Below, piece after piece: positions 37,947 through 50,105 of a stretch of 64,000 nt of DNA. Every line of letters begins with the position of its first letter. Position 1 is the stretch's first letter. The stretch is from Hamiltosporidium tvaerminnensis FI-OER-3-3 (lineage: Eukaryota; Fungi; Microsporidia): NCBI GenBank assembly GCA_022605425.2, contig JAKIMF020000001.1, positions 806,001-870,000 of the forward strand, given 5' to 3'. Below the pieces are notes generated by a model. That model did not search any database. It had not been told where the DNA came from and saw only the letters and a list, made by a program, of their open reading frames with translations. The translations under genes and the position numbers were made by a program.

Positions 37947-38252
37947 ATGATGTTCTATATGTATTTTAAATCATTTGTAAATAAAAATGTAGAAGTGGTA
38001 TTAAAAAATGAAATAAAAATATATGGCGTACTTCTTAGTGTTGATTCATATTTAAATTGTAAAATAAAAATTGATAAAATAGAAAATGCAGATATTGGAA
38101 TTTCTAATCTTATTATTTGTTATATACGAGGATCAAATATAAAATTTTTATGGTTAAAAAATGATTTAGAACGTATGAAAGGATTGATGGATGCTAGTCG
38201 TTATAGAGTAACAATGTGCAATAAAAGTACAAATAAATGTGAAGAGGAATAG
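37947..38252 (+). CDS. LSM2: U6 snRNA-associated Sm-like protein Lsm2
   Basis: MFYMYFKSFV..VEVVLKN..I.G.L.SVDSYLN and YIRGS Sm motifs; DASR tail; CCC upstream. Confidence 0.88.
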   Translation: MMFYMYFKSFVNKNVEVVLKNEIKIYGVLLSVDSYLNCKIKIDKIENADIGISNLIICYIRGSNIKFLWLKNDLERMKGLMDASRYRVTMCNKSTNKCEEE

Positions 38253-38772
38253 AAAATATTAAATATTTTTTTTAAAAAAGAATATTTTATTGAATAAATT
38301 TTTTAATTAAGTATCAAATTACTACAATTATAATTTCATATTTTTCTTTTATAAAAGTGATATTTTAAGCAGTAATTGTATTTATAGTAAAATAAAATGT
38401 TTTTGACTTTAGTTGGTCTTTTAATTATAAATTAAATGAATATTGAATCGCTGATGTAATAAATGTAGAAGATATTCATTTAAATTTTAAATATATGAAT
38501 TATTATTTTTACAATTTGGAAGTCTTATTTTATTTATTTTATACTTTTTATACGACAGATTTTTAAAAATTTTGAATTAAATTTATAGTTGTCTATGACC
38601 CCTGTTTATTGTACAAAATGCACTTAATATTGCAAATAAAAAAATCAAGCCAATTTTATTGTGCTGATTTTTTCCTTATCTTTGTCTCGAACAGAAGCTT
38701 ACATTCTGTTAAAATTAAGCTGAAAAAGTTATTTTGTCCCAAATACTGAAATATTCTATATAAATAATTTAT

Positions 38773-39485
38773 CTTTATTTAAAAGTATAACATATTATTA
38801 AAACAGTGGCAAGTGTTATATTTGTTTTCATGACATTAACGTAGTTCCAGGTTTAACATAAATAACTGCTACCCCAATACTCCATCATTACCCCCTGCGA
38901 TACCTACGTCCTAAAGCCTTTCATCGACCAGGTGTGTAGAATCTAATTAATAAGCGAGGCAGTTGCCCGGAGGTCGTTGTAGTCCGATGCATGGTGTGTG
39001 ATTGTAGGTTGAAGCATCTCAGGCTCCCCCGAGATTATAAAGCATTCCCAGTTACCCTACACATTCAAAACCCAAAAAATTCTAGCTAAGATATATATTG
39101 GTGACTTACATGGAGTCCCTTAGATAGTCAATGTTATACCAACACGTATAACCCACTATTTAGCTTTCCAGGATTTAAATAGTTTTATTTTCTATATTTC
39201 ACAGGCGTCAAGTCTTCTAACCTGAGTAGCCAAGACTAGGTTTCCATGCTTATACATGGCGATTGCCTACAAGTTCAGCTGTAGTCAGCAATCTTATTAC
39301 GTAAAAATCACAAGCTGGATTTGCAGAAAAAGTTTTATAGACCTTTTTTTCTCATATAAACCCACACTTCATAGCTAAAAACTCAGGTAGTTTTCTTTCT
39401 ACCAAAAATCCTAAACTATAATTTTCACACCAATTTCACATACTCATTACAATGTAGATAGTTTTTTGTCTGATTTTCCTCTCTA
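38773..39485 (-). mobile_element. SINE-like element, family A, copy 3
   Basis: Colinear with copies 1 and 2 over the full length. Confidence 0.85.
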
Positions 39486-40014
39486 TGACTTTTTTAAATA
39501 GAAATGTTTAAGATCTAATTCTAATGAAAAAAATCAAATTATTATATTTTTAAAGAAAATTCGTACTCAAATTTTTTTGAACAAGATATAAAAACTGTTA
39601 TAGAAATCAGAATTAATAAATTTATTTTTTTAGAGAGAAAAACCAAACAATTAAAAGTTAAATTACTTACATCTTACAAAGGTCAAACACAAAATACGTG
39701 TGATTCGTGACAATTATTTTTTGTAGATTAAGTTTTTAGATCACAACTTGTTTTTCGGCTTCCTTTTGATCAATGATAGAACATGGATAATTAGAACTGA
39801 ACCAAAAACATCAAAAAAATAATTCTGTCATTTTAAAAACAGTGAAAGAATTTTTCGGCATTCTATTTGTTCATACTCACCACCAAGACGTACAAGAGGT
39901 TGGAAAAAGTAAGTAAGTATTTTAAAATCAAGACAAATGCTACAAAAAAAACATTTAAAGTAATAACAAATTAAAATAAATAGAAAGAAGAATAAAAATA
40001 TTTAAATAAAAAAT

Positions 40015-40256
40015 GATCCACGTAAAGAGTAGTCTGAATTTTGTTACAGTAGGATCGATTACTGTCTTTCGAATTTGACTATTTTTACACCCAAGCATAG
40101 CCATTTCCAAACCATCTAAAATCATCCAATTCCTGTCATTTAGATGGCAAAATTGCTGTTAAACTATGCGTTGACCTAATCAACCACCATCTCGGTATGT
40201 ATGGGCTCTCAGACCTTCCTAAGGAATAATTCCCTATCGAAAGCTTTTACGTAGAC
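40015..40256 (-). ncRNA. RPR1: Nuclear RNase P RNA
   Basis: Minus strand has CR-I GGAAGGTCTGAG and CR-V AACAAAATTCAGACTACTCT (P4 pairing GTCTGA/TCAGAC); P1 GTCTACGTAAA/TTTACGTGGAT; T-run downstream; CCCCC upstream. Confidence 0.92.
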
Positions 40257-40382
40257 AGGGGGAATTTAAAAAAAAAATTTAAAAATTATTTTTAAGGAAG
40301 AAATGACTGTAAAAGTTAATGTGAATAGTAAAACATAAAAATCTGTAGATTTAAAATTTTTAGAGCAAAACAACTTTTTTAT

Positions 40383-40538
40383 AGAAATAAAATAGAATGT
40401 AAAGAAGGAAGTAAATTTTATTACTATAATTTGATTCTAGTAATATACGGAGAAATAAAATAAAATAGAATGTAAAGAAGGAAGCACATTTTATTTCTAT
40501 AATTTGATTCTAGTAATATACGGAGAAATAAAATAAAA
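40383..40538. repeat. ~73-bp tandem duplication upstream of the RNase P RNA gene
   Basis: atagaatgtaaagaaggaag...tataatttgattctagtaatatacggagaaataaaat occurs twice. Confidence 0.85.
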
Positions 40539-40950
40539 TTTTTTTCAATATTTGGTTTTTTATTTCGAGCTTTTACTCGCTTTATTCTTCTTTAAATACA
40601 GAAAATTATAAAATATTTTAATTTAAAATGCATGGACAATCCAATGATTGTCCGAAGTTGTTTTATGTTTTTATAGCACCTTTTTAAATAATTTTGAAGG
40701 CGACTCTTAAACAGGGGATGTATTAAAAAGAATTTTTTTATTAGAAATTTTTATATCAAGAATATTTAAAAAAATACTGTAAATATGGTTCAGTATTCAA
40801 GAAAAAATTTAAAAAAACGAATAAATATTAAAAAATTAAAGATTAAAATTTATTTGTAGAATTATTTCGTTTACAACTGTTTATTTATAATTTTTATGTT
40901 ATTTTAATTTTATATGTTGTATTTTTATGGTTTTATTTTTAATCCCATAA

Positions 40951-41893
40951 ATGTTCGTTCTTACTAATTACAACGAAAAAGAACCTCTTGAAATAAAATC
41001 TAAAAATCCATTAATTTTACACAAAAAAGTAGAAAATATTACGTATCAATCTACAGAAGTAGAAAGTAAATTAAATTTTTATATTTGTGATTCAAAAGAC
41101 ACTCTTGAAAATTTTATACCAGTTACTTTACACAGAATAAATATTATAACGGATGAAAGTTTTAAAAAAGAAGATTATATATCCAATTGTTGCAATATAG
41201 ATAAGAATGTAAAAAATCAAAAATGAAGTACAAAAGAATTCTTATTCAAAAACTGTTTCGGTTCTGAATCAACCAAGTAAATATATTCAGCCGGTTTTAC
41301 CGCCAAAAAATGAAAATTTTAAGTTTTACGATCTTGAAAATCTATTTCCAAAAGAAATTATACAACATTTTTCTGATTTAAATACACATCTTTCACATTT
41401 AGAACCAATTTATTTACAGTTATATCACAAAGAACTTATTAAAATAAAAAATGCAGATAAAAAAAAGCAAGAATGTATTGAAAAGATAAAAAAACCAAAA
41501 ATTGAAAAATTTGAATGTATTTTTACTCCAGAAACACTTAAAGTACATATTCTTATTTTAGATTGTCTCCATAAGCTATTAACTATGGAATATCATCGGA
41601 AAGATCTTATAATCAAAAATTTTCCAAAAAAGTTTAATTTTTTTATTTCTTATATCCAAGAATTTATAAGTAATAACCGACTTATCGGTCTTAATAAAGA
41701 TAAATTTTGTGTTATTTATTATATTTTGTTTCTAAAAGTTAATAATTTTGTATCTAACTTGAAAGAAATGCCATTTTACGACAATAAAGAAAAAAAAGTT
41801 ATTGAAATGCTAAGAATTATAGGGTGTATAGTCAAAAATAATGAAGTAAAAATGTGTAGAGAACCCATTTATGAAGTAACTAGAAGGAGATAG
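40951..41893 (+). CDS. RPA49: RNA polymerase I subunit A49, extra base near 41218
   Basis: +1 frame open from 41213 through PVLPP..FYDLENLFP into ORF 41585-41893 (DKFCVIYYILFLKVNNF..KVIEMLRIIGC, tandem winged-helix pattern); CCC upstream. Confidence 0.72.
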
Positions 41894-42259
41894 GAAAAGA
41901 ATTTAAAATATTTTTTAGGTATTAACAGATCGTTGTGGTTAATAAAATTATTGCTATTATTTTGATGTATTTGTAGTAAAAAAAATGATTTCTTTATTAG
42001 TTCTTTCAAAATTTTAACTGTAAATCTGTTTTAAACCTAATTCATTATTATTATCTGTTGTAATTGTCTTCCACACGGAAGCATGTGTTCAAATTGTATT
42101 TTTTGCAGCATAATATTATGAAATATATAATTAATCTGCTCAAATTGAATTTTGATATATTATTTAAATACATTCTGAGTAAATTTATGGCTGAACGATT
42201 GTGATATGTCTAAACATGGTTGTATTGGTATAACTGAAACATGTGTTTAAACATATAAA

Positions 42260-42430
42260 TTTGGGAGTATGAATTTTTGAGGAGATTGAAAGTATACAAA
42301 TAACTGGTAATTTACTTATCATTTCTTCATTCTGAAACCAAGATTTAGGAGTATGAATTCTTGAGGAGATTGGAAGTATACAAATAACTGGTAATTTATT
42401 TAGGTTCTTCTTTCGGAAATCAAGAGTTTA
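42260..42430. repeat. ~84-bp tandem duplication
   Basis: ggagtatgaatt.ttgaggagattg.aagtatacaaataactggtaattta occurs twice. Confidence 0.8.
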
Positions 42431-43500
42431 AGTAGGTTACAAAATATATTAAATATTTTTATTGCATTTTAATATTTCTCTGATCTTAAAAAAAGTGAAA
42501 TATTGTTTTTTTCCATTTTGAATATATTTCGTTCTTGGAAATTTATTTATGCGATTCTGATTTTTATTAAAAAACCTATATTCCTTGATTGTTTGTATTA
42601 AATCTTTTTTCAATTTTTTTAAATTTTATAGATTAATTTCTTGAGTATTTTTTTTCTTTCTTAATTTTATAGCATCAAGCTGAGATGCCTATATTTTGTT
42701 TTCTTTTATTGAGCTTGTTCCACCCCAAACGGCCGGAACTCAATCCAGAAGTGAATTTAAGCTTCTCCGAATTACAGGCGTTTCATAGCCATTTTGCTTT
42801 TGACTGGTAGGCTTTCTTACTCACACAACCCTTGCTCATTCTAAGGGACAAATATTGTACGTACCGATAGATTGAAACAGCTTTTTGCGGAAGCAAGTTC
42901 CGATATGATGACCACTAGATTATTTTAATGGCCTAGATTTGTTAAATTATTAATTGATCGCAAAAATATCAGCTAAAAATATTTTTTTAATTTACAACGA
43001 TATCTAATTTTGATTTTTCCTACTATATTTACAATTTTATGGCTTGTAACTTGTTGATAATGGAATGATAGTGCAATCCGTTTCTTTAAATAGCAATGAA
43101 TTGAGTATTGTCATAAGATACTCGAGCGCATATTAATGAGATTTTAGGGATAGTCGTCTCTGTAACATTTGAAGTTAATATTGGCAAAATGATTTAAACT
43201 TACAACAATAGAAAATTAATAAATTTTAACAAGCTACCGTTTTTATTTCATAATATTTAAAAAGAAATTTCGATTTGCTTATATATTAGATTGTATGTAA
43301 TGCACCTCATTTTTTGATTTGTTCCAAGTTTAAGATTTTTTTATATATATTCGAAATTTAATGAATGCTAAATGTATTAATTCAAGCTTAGTTTTGTATG
43401 TTTATGAAGAAACAAATTTGTTAAATAAATAATCTATATAATTTATGAATTGATATAAAATTTAAAATTCATATCTTGACTTTTAGCATAGTCATGTATA

Positions 43501-44257
43501 TAGGGTTAGCAGATTTTTTTAAGCCGATATCGGGACAAATGAGTAAAAAGTCCCAAAAATCGGGATTTCGATGAATGATCGGGACAACCCCCGGAAGTAC
43601 CTAGTCTTGCCATAAGTTCTGCCTCAAAAATTTGACATAACGATTAGCTAAAATAAATGCCATAAGAAACCTGCCTACTGTTTATCACAGATATGAAGCT
43701 AAGGATTACCAGTTCACAATTTTATAAACAAATTACTTTCCCAAGAAGTACGAGTACTTTATTTTCTAGGAACACTTTTTCTTGTATCAGAACTTATGGC
43801 AGGACAAGGTATAATGTGAAAAAAAGGAAATAAAAATACGTTCATTGTTTCTTTCGAAATAACTGTTTAAAAAAGGTTTTTTATTTTTCATACTTTGATG
43901 TGATTTAGAGTTCTCATTTTAGTTGATACTTACTTATTGATTCCAGTAGAGTAAGATGGTGTAGGCAGAGCAGGTGTAGCACCGCGAAAAGATCACAAGC
44001 AACCGAGACTAAAAAATAAGGGGTGTAGAGATTCAAGACATCTGTTTGGTATACAGAAGTAACTTTTCTTGGAACATCAGAGGAATAACTGATACCTCCA
44101 GTTTGTCTTCCAAGAACTCCAGAATTATATTTCCGTGTGACCTTATAAGAATCATTAAATAAACTGTCGGATAATGAAACGGAAAATATCGGGACACTGC
44201 GTGTTCCGACGGGACATTTCGTAAAAGCTTACCAAATCGGGACATCTGGCAACTCTA
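43501..44257. mobile_element. Non-autonomous hAT (Blackjack-like) MITE
   Basis: TIR TAGGGTTAGCAGAT / ATCTGGCAACTCTA; several subterminal CGGGAC repeats at both ends; 8-bp TSD catgtata / catctata. Confidence 0.88.
43600..43809. mobile_element. Tc1/mariner-type MITE nested in the hAT element
   Basis: TIR CCTAGTCTTGCCATAAGTTCTG / CAGAACTTATGGCAGGACAAGG (20/22 match) flanked by TA on both sides. Confidence 0.85.
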
Positions 44258-45107
44258 CATCTATATCACGTTTCAAATGCATAACAAATTTTCATAAAAT
44301 CATGAACGTTAGATTAGAATTCTGTCTTCTACAATATATTTGGTTTATAATTATCCCAACTCATTTATTTTTTATGTAGATATTTATAATAGATTTTTTT
44401 CTAATAGTATTCTTAGACCAAACGAAGAAGTTTCTTACTTTTTTGAATTAACCATGATTTTTTTAAGGTATGACAGATTTTAGCAAACTAAAATAAATCA
44501 AATAAGATTCTACACATATTTTACAAAGAAAAAAATATTTCACAGCTTAAAATCAAAATTTTATTGTTTATTTCGACATTAGGTAATTGTTTTTTAAATA
44601 TATTCTTTAATTTCCTTTCTATTTATGTTCAAGGATATAAAAAATATAAAATTTACTTTTAATTTAAGCTTTATATGCCTTTTCGTACCCCATACATGAT
44701 ATACTAAAGCTTTATTGATGTTTCGAGTTTATATCTGTCTTTTTTAAGTCAATATAATTCCTATTCTATCATTATCTTGGCTCAGCTAGTTGCATTATCG
44801 GTGTATATTATATAATATATTTATCGCGTGGATTTTGTACTGTAATATATTGAATGTCAAACAGAAACCCGATTTAAAAAGGTTGCAATCTACAATATAA
44901 ATCTATTTTTTTAAGTTTAAGTTACATTCTCGCATTTAGAAATATTTTTAGACACCAGATATTCGTGAATATTTTGATAATTCGTATGTTATCTCGCAAT
45001 CTCAAAACACAATTATATTTCGTTCTTCTGTGTTTACAATACTTATTTTTGATCTAAAATTATCTATTTTACCAAGCGTGATAACTGTAGATATTTTGTT
45101 GTAATTT

Positions 45108-45835
45108 TTTTAGTTAAAAATCATATCTTTAAAACAGTGAAATGTTTTTTTATTGTTTTTATGAGATTAACGAGTTCTAGCTTTAATATAGATGGCTGCT
45201 CTCCTAAGAATTCATCGTTATCTCCTGCGGGACCTACATTCCAAAGCTTTTTTTAATCGAAAAAGTATCTAGAACTATTCATATGTGATAATTTATTTGA
45301 AGTAGAATAATGAATGTTGCCTAGGGTGTGATTGCAAGTTAAAACCTCTTTGTGTTCCTTTGAGACCAGCAGCTTTCCTAGTTATCATACTCTTTTTAGA
45401 GAGAATAAACCACCTGCTAAAGTATATCTATAAATTTATATGGGGTTCACATCTAAGTTGAAATGTCAAGAAAACTGGTATTCTCTGTTACTTAATATTT
45501 TCCGCCGTTGTAAGAGTACGTTTTTTTTTGTATAACCAAGATGCGTAATCTTCTAACTGTGGTCACAAGGCTAGGTTTCTAATTTTACACGTAATTACTT
45601 ACCGGTTCATGGCGTGGTTATGAATCTTATGCAAAAAGCTACAAATTTCTTCGTAAAAAAAAGTTTCACCATTTTTTCGAACTTCCCTATCCTATTATAA
45701 AGCTTCTTACCAAGCCATAGGAAATACGATGCAGTTTTAGTCTCACTGGAATCTCGAAAAAACGATTATATACATACATGTCACTTAATCAGCACCAAAT
45801 AGAAAATTTACAAGGTTTTATACGTTCTTCATCAT
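45108..45835 (-). mobile_element. SINE-like element, family A, diverged copy
   Basis: Ordered blocks aaaacagtg, attaacg.gttctag, acctacattccaaagc, gtgtgattg, tatggggttcac, tcttctaac, caaggctaggtttc, aaagtttcaccatt. Confidence 0.72.
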
Positions 45836-46099
45836 AAATATGTGGATATAAAGACATTATTTTATGTTTGCAGGTTTAAAAACTAGCATTTGCCATAAAA
45901 TTGATTTAAAATATAAAATATAACAAAAATGATATATTTTGTTTCTTATTTGTGAATCTAGAAAATTTGATCCAAAAATTTAATATAAGTGTAATGAAAT
46001 AGATCGATTCTGGTTATTTTATTTCTAGAAATAGATATATTTCTGAGTTATAGTTCGAAATCTCGGCTTAATAGTTCTTAATTTATACTAATATAGTTA

Positions 46100-47554
46100 A
46101 TGATAAAACTATATATATGTAAGATTTTTTTAAATTATGAAAATATTCAAAACCGAAAGTTGATTATATCTATAACATTAGCAAGTGTACTATCTTTTGG
46201 ATTATTTATATTTATTTCTATTTATTCTGGTAGAAAAATGAAAAGCCAACTTTTAAAAGAGTATCGTGAATTTGAAGAATCACCATTGGGAAAACTTTTG
46301 AAAAACCAATATAGAGAAAATAATAATTTTGGAATAGCAAATATTAAATATTGGAATATAAATAACCTTGGTTTATGTTGTTCATATTATACTGTAGATA
46401 ATATTTTCGATACAAACTCTGAAATATTTAAGATTGCAAACCAAAGAGGCAATGGAATCGTAAATATGCAAGCGGATAAACGAATAAATTTTATTGAAAA
46501 TATCAAGAAGTTGAATTTGGTTATGCCACCTTATATATTTTCATTATATAAATTGAAAAAATTCAAATCTAAATACAATCCCAGTTTTTTGGCTGGATTT
46601 GGATTATTTATAACAAAAAATTCATCTGAGATAAATTTTATTCATAAACTTGAAATTTTATTCAAAGAATTGGAAAATAATATTAAAAATTTCGGTATCT
46701 TGAATGCAACCTTCAATGATAACTTGGTAGATATAACCCTAACAAAACCTAATAACAATAATTTTGATACTTTCAAATCAATAAAAATATCGCTAAACCA
46801 TAATGATCCGAGAGCCTTTTTCATTTTCCTTCTTCATAAAGCCAATATATTTGATAAAAAAAATATATATGGTTCACTTCTTAAAAATATATTTCCGGAT
46901 AATGTATTAAAGCAAATGCTTAGGAATATATTGAATATCTATCTTATGACAAGCGATAAATTAAAAGATTTTTTCCCTTCTTACACTCACAAGATTGAAG
47001 AGTGTAAAGAAAAATTGAGCAAAATCATTGAACGTTTAGAAAGTACTAAGAGTCTTGATTGGGTTCAGAAAGAACTAGAATCTCTTGTATTTTGGTATAT
47101 AGAAACAAACCTCTCTATATTAATAGATCAAAAAGATGCTATACTAAATTACTTAGATAATCCAAAAACTCTTTTTGATATCTTCAAAAAGTTAATTTCA
47201 TCCCAAGAAGAAGAATCCACAAAAATTTTAGAAATATTTGATGAATTTCAAAATACAAACGAAGAAGTTATAATCAAAGGTTTAAACTCAGTAAAGAAAT
47301 TTTTATTAAACTTTTACAAAGATTACTCGGAGAAAAAATTTGGAACAACTGATGAATCTAATTTACGTGGAAGTGCAAAGTTTTTACAAACAGAAATTGT
47401 AAAGAAAATTTATGATGATAGTACAATTTTAGATTTGTACACTAATTTGATAACAATTGCAATGAAAAAAACCGACAATTATTCTGAGGAAATGATATTA
47501 ATTGTTTGTCAGATTAACAAGAGAAGTGTTTTTATTTTATATTCGGCTTTATGA
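46100..47554 (+). CDS. Lineage-specific protein with an N-terminal transmembrane anchor (paralog 1)
   Basis: 484-aa ORF sharing RKM..QLLKE, PYIFS, FLA.FGLFIT.NSSEI, LHKAN.FDK.NIYGS, LDWVQ and KKFG...ESNL with 52003-53524; start codon uncertain. Confidence 0.8.
   Translation: MIKLYICKIFLNYENIQNRKLIISITLASVLSFGLFIFISIYSGRKMKSQLLKEYREFEESPLGKLLKNQYRENNNFGIANIKYWNINNLGLCCSYYTVDNIFDTNSEIFKIANQRGNGIVNMQADKRINFIENIKKLNLVMPPYIFSLYKLKKFKSKYNPSFLAGFGLFITKNSSEINFIHKLEILFKELENNIKNFGILNATFNDNLVDITLTKPNNNNFDTFKSIKISLNHNDPRAFFIFLLHKANIFDKKNIYGSLLKNIFPDNVLKQMLRNILNIYLMTSDKLKDFFPSYTHKIEECKEKLSKIIERLESTKSLDWVQKELESLVFWYIETNLSILIDQKDAILNYLDNPKTLFDIFKKLISSQEEESTKILEIFDEFQNTNEEVIIKGLNSVKKFLLNFYKDYSEKKFGTTDESNLRGSAKFLQTEIVKKIYDDSTILDLYTNLITIAMKKTDNYSEEMILIVCQINKRSVFILYSAL
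46109..46124 (+). promoter_or_regulatory. Family-specific TATA-like motif ctatatatatgtaaga
   Basis: Identical 16-mer 12 nt before ATG 46137 and at 51975-51990, 12 nt before ATG 52003. Confidence 0.65.
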
Positions 47555-50007
47555 AGCTATTTCTATTGATTAAAATTATATTTTTTTATTTCTATATTCA
47601 GCTTTTCAAACAACGTTAGTAATATTTTTTAGATATAAAAACTGAAGTGTAAAATCAAATTTGGTAACTTTAATAATATTTAGTTAAGAAAATTATTTAC
47701 AGGTAATGCAATAAAATAATGGAATAAAACACAATATCGATTTTTTATTGTATAAAAAAATTGAATTAAAAAATATCTTTTTGAAACTTTACATATTGAG
47801 ACTCTAAATATTATATTCGTTTACAAAGTCATATCGTAATATTAATACAAACCAGATACTATTTATAAAACAAGAAGTTTAATTTTACAAGATATAAATA
47901 TTCATTAATTTTATGAGTAATTAGTTTATAGATTGTTTCTATTTACATGTATAAAAAGGTATTTAATTTGTCAATAAGAATAATTTTTGATAATTATAAA
48001 TGTTCGAAATATTACAGGATGCTTGTCTTCCTTCAAGCTAAACTGTTGTACGCTTTATATTATAAATAAATTTGTTTTTGTTATTTCTTTTCTAGAATGG
48101 AAGGTGAAAATAAAAGTTTAAAGAACAATAAATATCAACGAAAGAAGTCCAAATCTTAGACCGTTATTTACTGTAGGATAAAGAATTAAATAATTCAAAT
48201 AATATTAGAATTCAATGGTTTCTCTTGATTAGCTCTGATTTTTATATTTTAAAAACAAAGAGTAATTTTAGTTTAAATAAACAGAGCCACGTTTAAAGAT
48301 CTAATTTTAAAATAATCTTTTGAGAAATAACCTGAATATGCATTTTGTTGTAAATAAGCTATGAAGCTGAATGATTAGTTTAAATATCCCTAATTACTTC
48401 ATGATTCGATTTGATTTACTCCACTGAAATTGATGATATAATTATTAAAAAAAGGTTATTATACTAGTTATATATAATGCATAGGTTTTAAATAAACATG
48501 TATTTTTATCGGAATGTTTCGTTTCATTTATAGGAAGCATATGGTATGGAGCGCAAATCAAACCTATTATATTGAATATCACAATAAATATTCTGAGAAA
48601 TTTAACTGAAAAAAAAACATGCAAAGTTATTTATTTATAGTAGATATCATTTAAGCTACAAACATTTAAAATAATTTGAATGCGCAATTTAGAATAATCC
48701 TATATAACAATACTAATGTCTTTAAAAGGTCATCAACTATATAAACATCATAATCTTGTATTGAAAATTCAAATTCTACAATCGTATGTGAAAATTAAGA
48801 TCTCACTTTATTTAATATCGGTTGATGTATTCTAAGATTATTTTCTTAATTTGTGAAATGTTTCCTAATATTTCTACTTGGTATTTATGTTTGATTTCTT
48901 TGATATATTTGCTCTGAAAGCTATATTTTTTCTCGCTGGATAGATGATAATTAGATTTCATAAATTTTGCGAAAAATTATGCCACTGAATTTTTCTTCGG
49001 TAGTAAATTAGTAAGTTAAAAAGTAATTTCGCATTCTCAATTTTCTGGGATATACTTTGATGCTCCTTTTGAAACTTTTCATCATTTTGGATGACTCACT
49101 CTGAGGTTATTTGTAAATAAAAGTAATTATTTCGACTATTATTTTAATTTTAGAAGATATATTCATTATAGAACTGTATTATAAATTTTTAATCATTTTT
49201 ATTAGTTAATATGAAAGAACTCCAAGATTGCAAACGAGAAATATAGGCAAAAAAAATTTTATTGACATTTTTCTGCCCATTAGACGATAAGTGATTCTTC
49301 AATTTTTTTTTCAAAAATGTAAACCATTATTTTAGAAAGAATGTACAAAAGCATGTATATATTTATTTAATTATCATGCAAAGCATATTTGACCTATAAT
49401 TTTTAATTCTAAATTAAACACATTCTCTGTTATAAATATAACCTTCGAATATTATTCAACAAAAGGTTTTTTAATTTCATGACTCAAGATTGTATCTTCA
49501 CTCAAAATTTATACAATTAGAAATTGTATATAAGGCTGATAAGTCATTATTAAGCAGTAGAAAATTTCGACTGAAGGTACTTTTTTGACTCCGGATTCAT
49601 TTTTAAAATAAACTGTAACGCATTTTACAAGTGATCATATCAAGTTGTTTGTTTTGAAAATAGATTTAATTTCAGTTTCATGAAACAGGTTCCACATAAC
49701 TTTTATTATCTTTTTTATGTTTTATAGCTTTTTATTTGCCTAAGTTTGAAAACTTTTATAAATGACTGTAGCTTCACCGATTAATTTTATATGTTTCCGA
49801 AAATTCCTTTTTTAAATGAATAGTTTCACTGTCTAGATGCGGAGGATCTTTGTTTTTAGATTCAAAAAAAGTAATGCACCAACTGCCCCTTTAATTCAGT
49901 CAGATATAATCGAACAATTCTACATTGATGGCTACGAATCACCCCCCCTCCAAAAAAAAGCTTACTTGGTTCGAAAGTTGTAGGACGCTAAAAATATAAT
50001 TTCGATT

Positions 50008-50105
50008 AATAGTATGATTGATTTGATTTTTCGTAAATCCTACACAACCAAAAATAGTGTGATTGATTTGATTTTTTGTAAATCTTACACAACCAAAAAT
50101 AGTGT
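50008..50105. repeat. 45-bp tandem duplication
   Basis: aatagt.tgattgatttgattttt.gtaaatc.tacacaaccaaa occurs twice. Confidence 0.85.

Noticed and set aside
41209-41236. 28-nt GT-AG intron repairing RPA49
   Set aside because: No GTAAGT donor or branch/TAG consensus, and I saw no comparable intron at the other five sites
44770-44792. Helitron-like 3' end (ggctcagctagt)
   Set aside because: No clear subterminal hairpin or matching 5' end
48500-49350. Possible further ancient LINE RT relic
   Set aside because: Similarity too faint to support without alignment software
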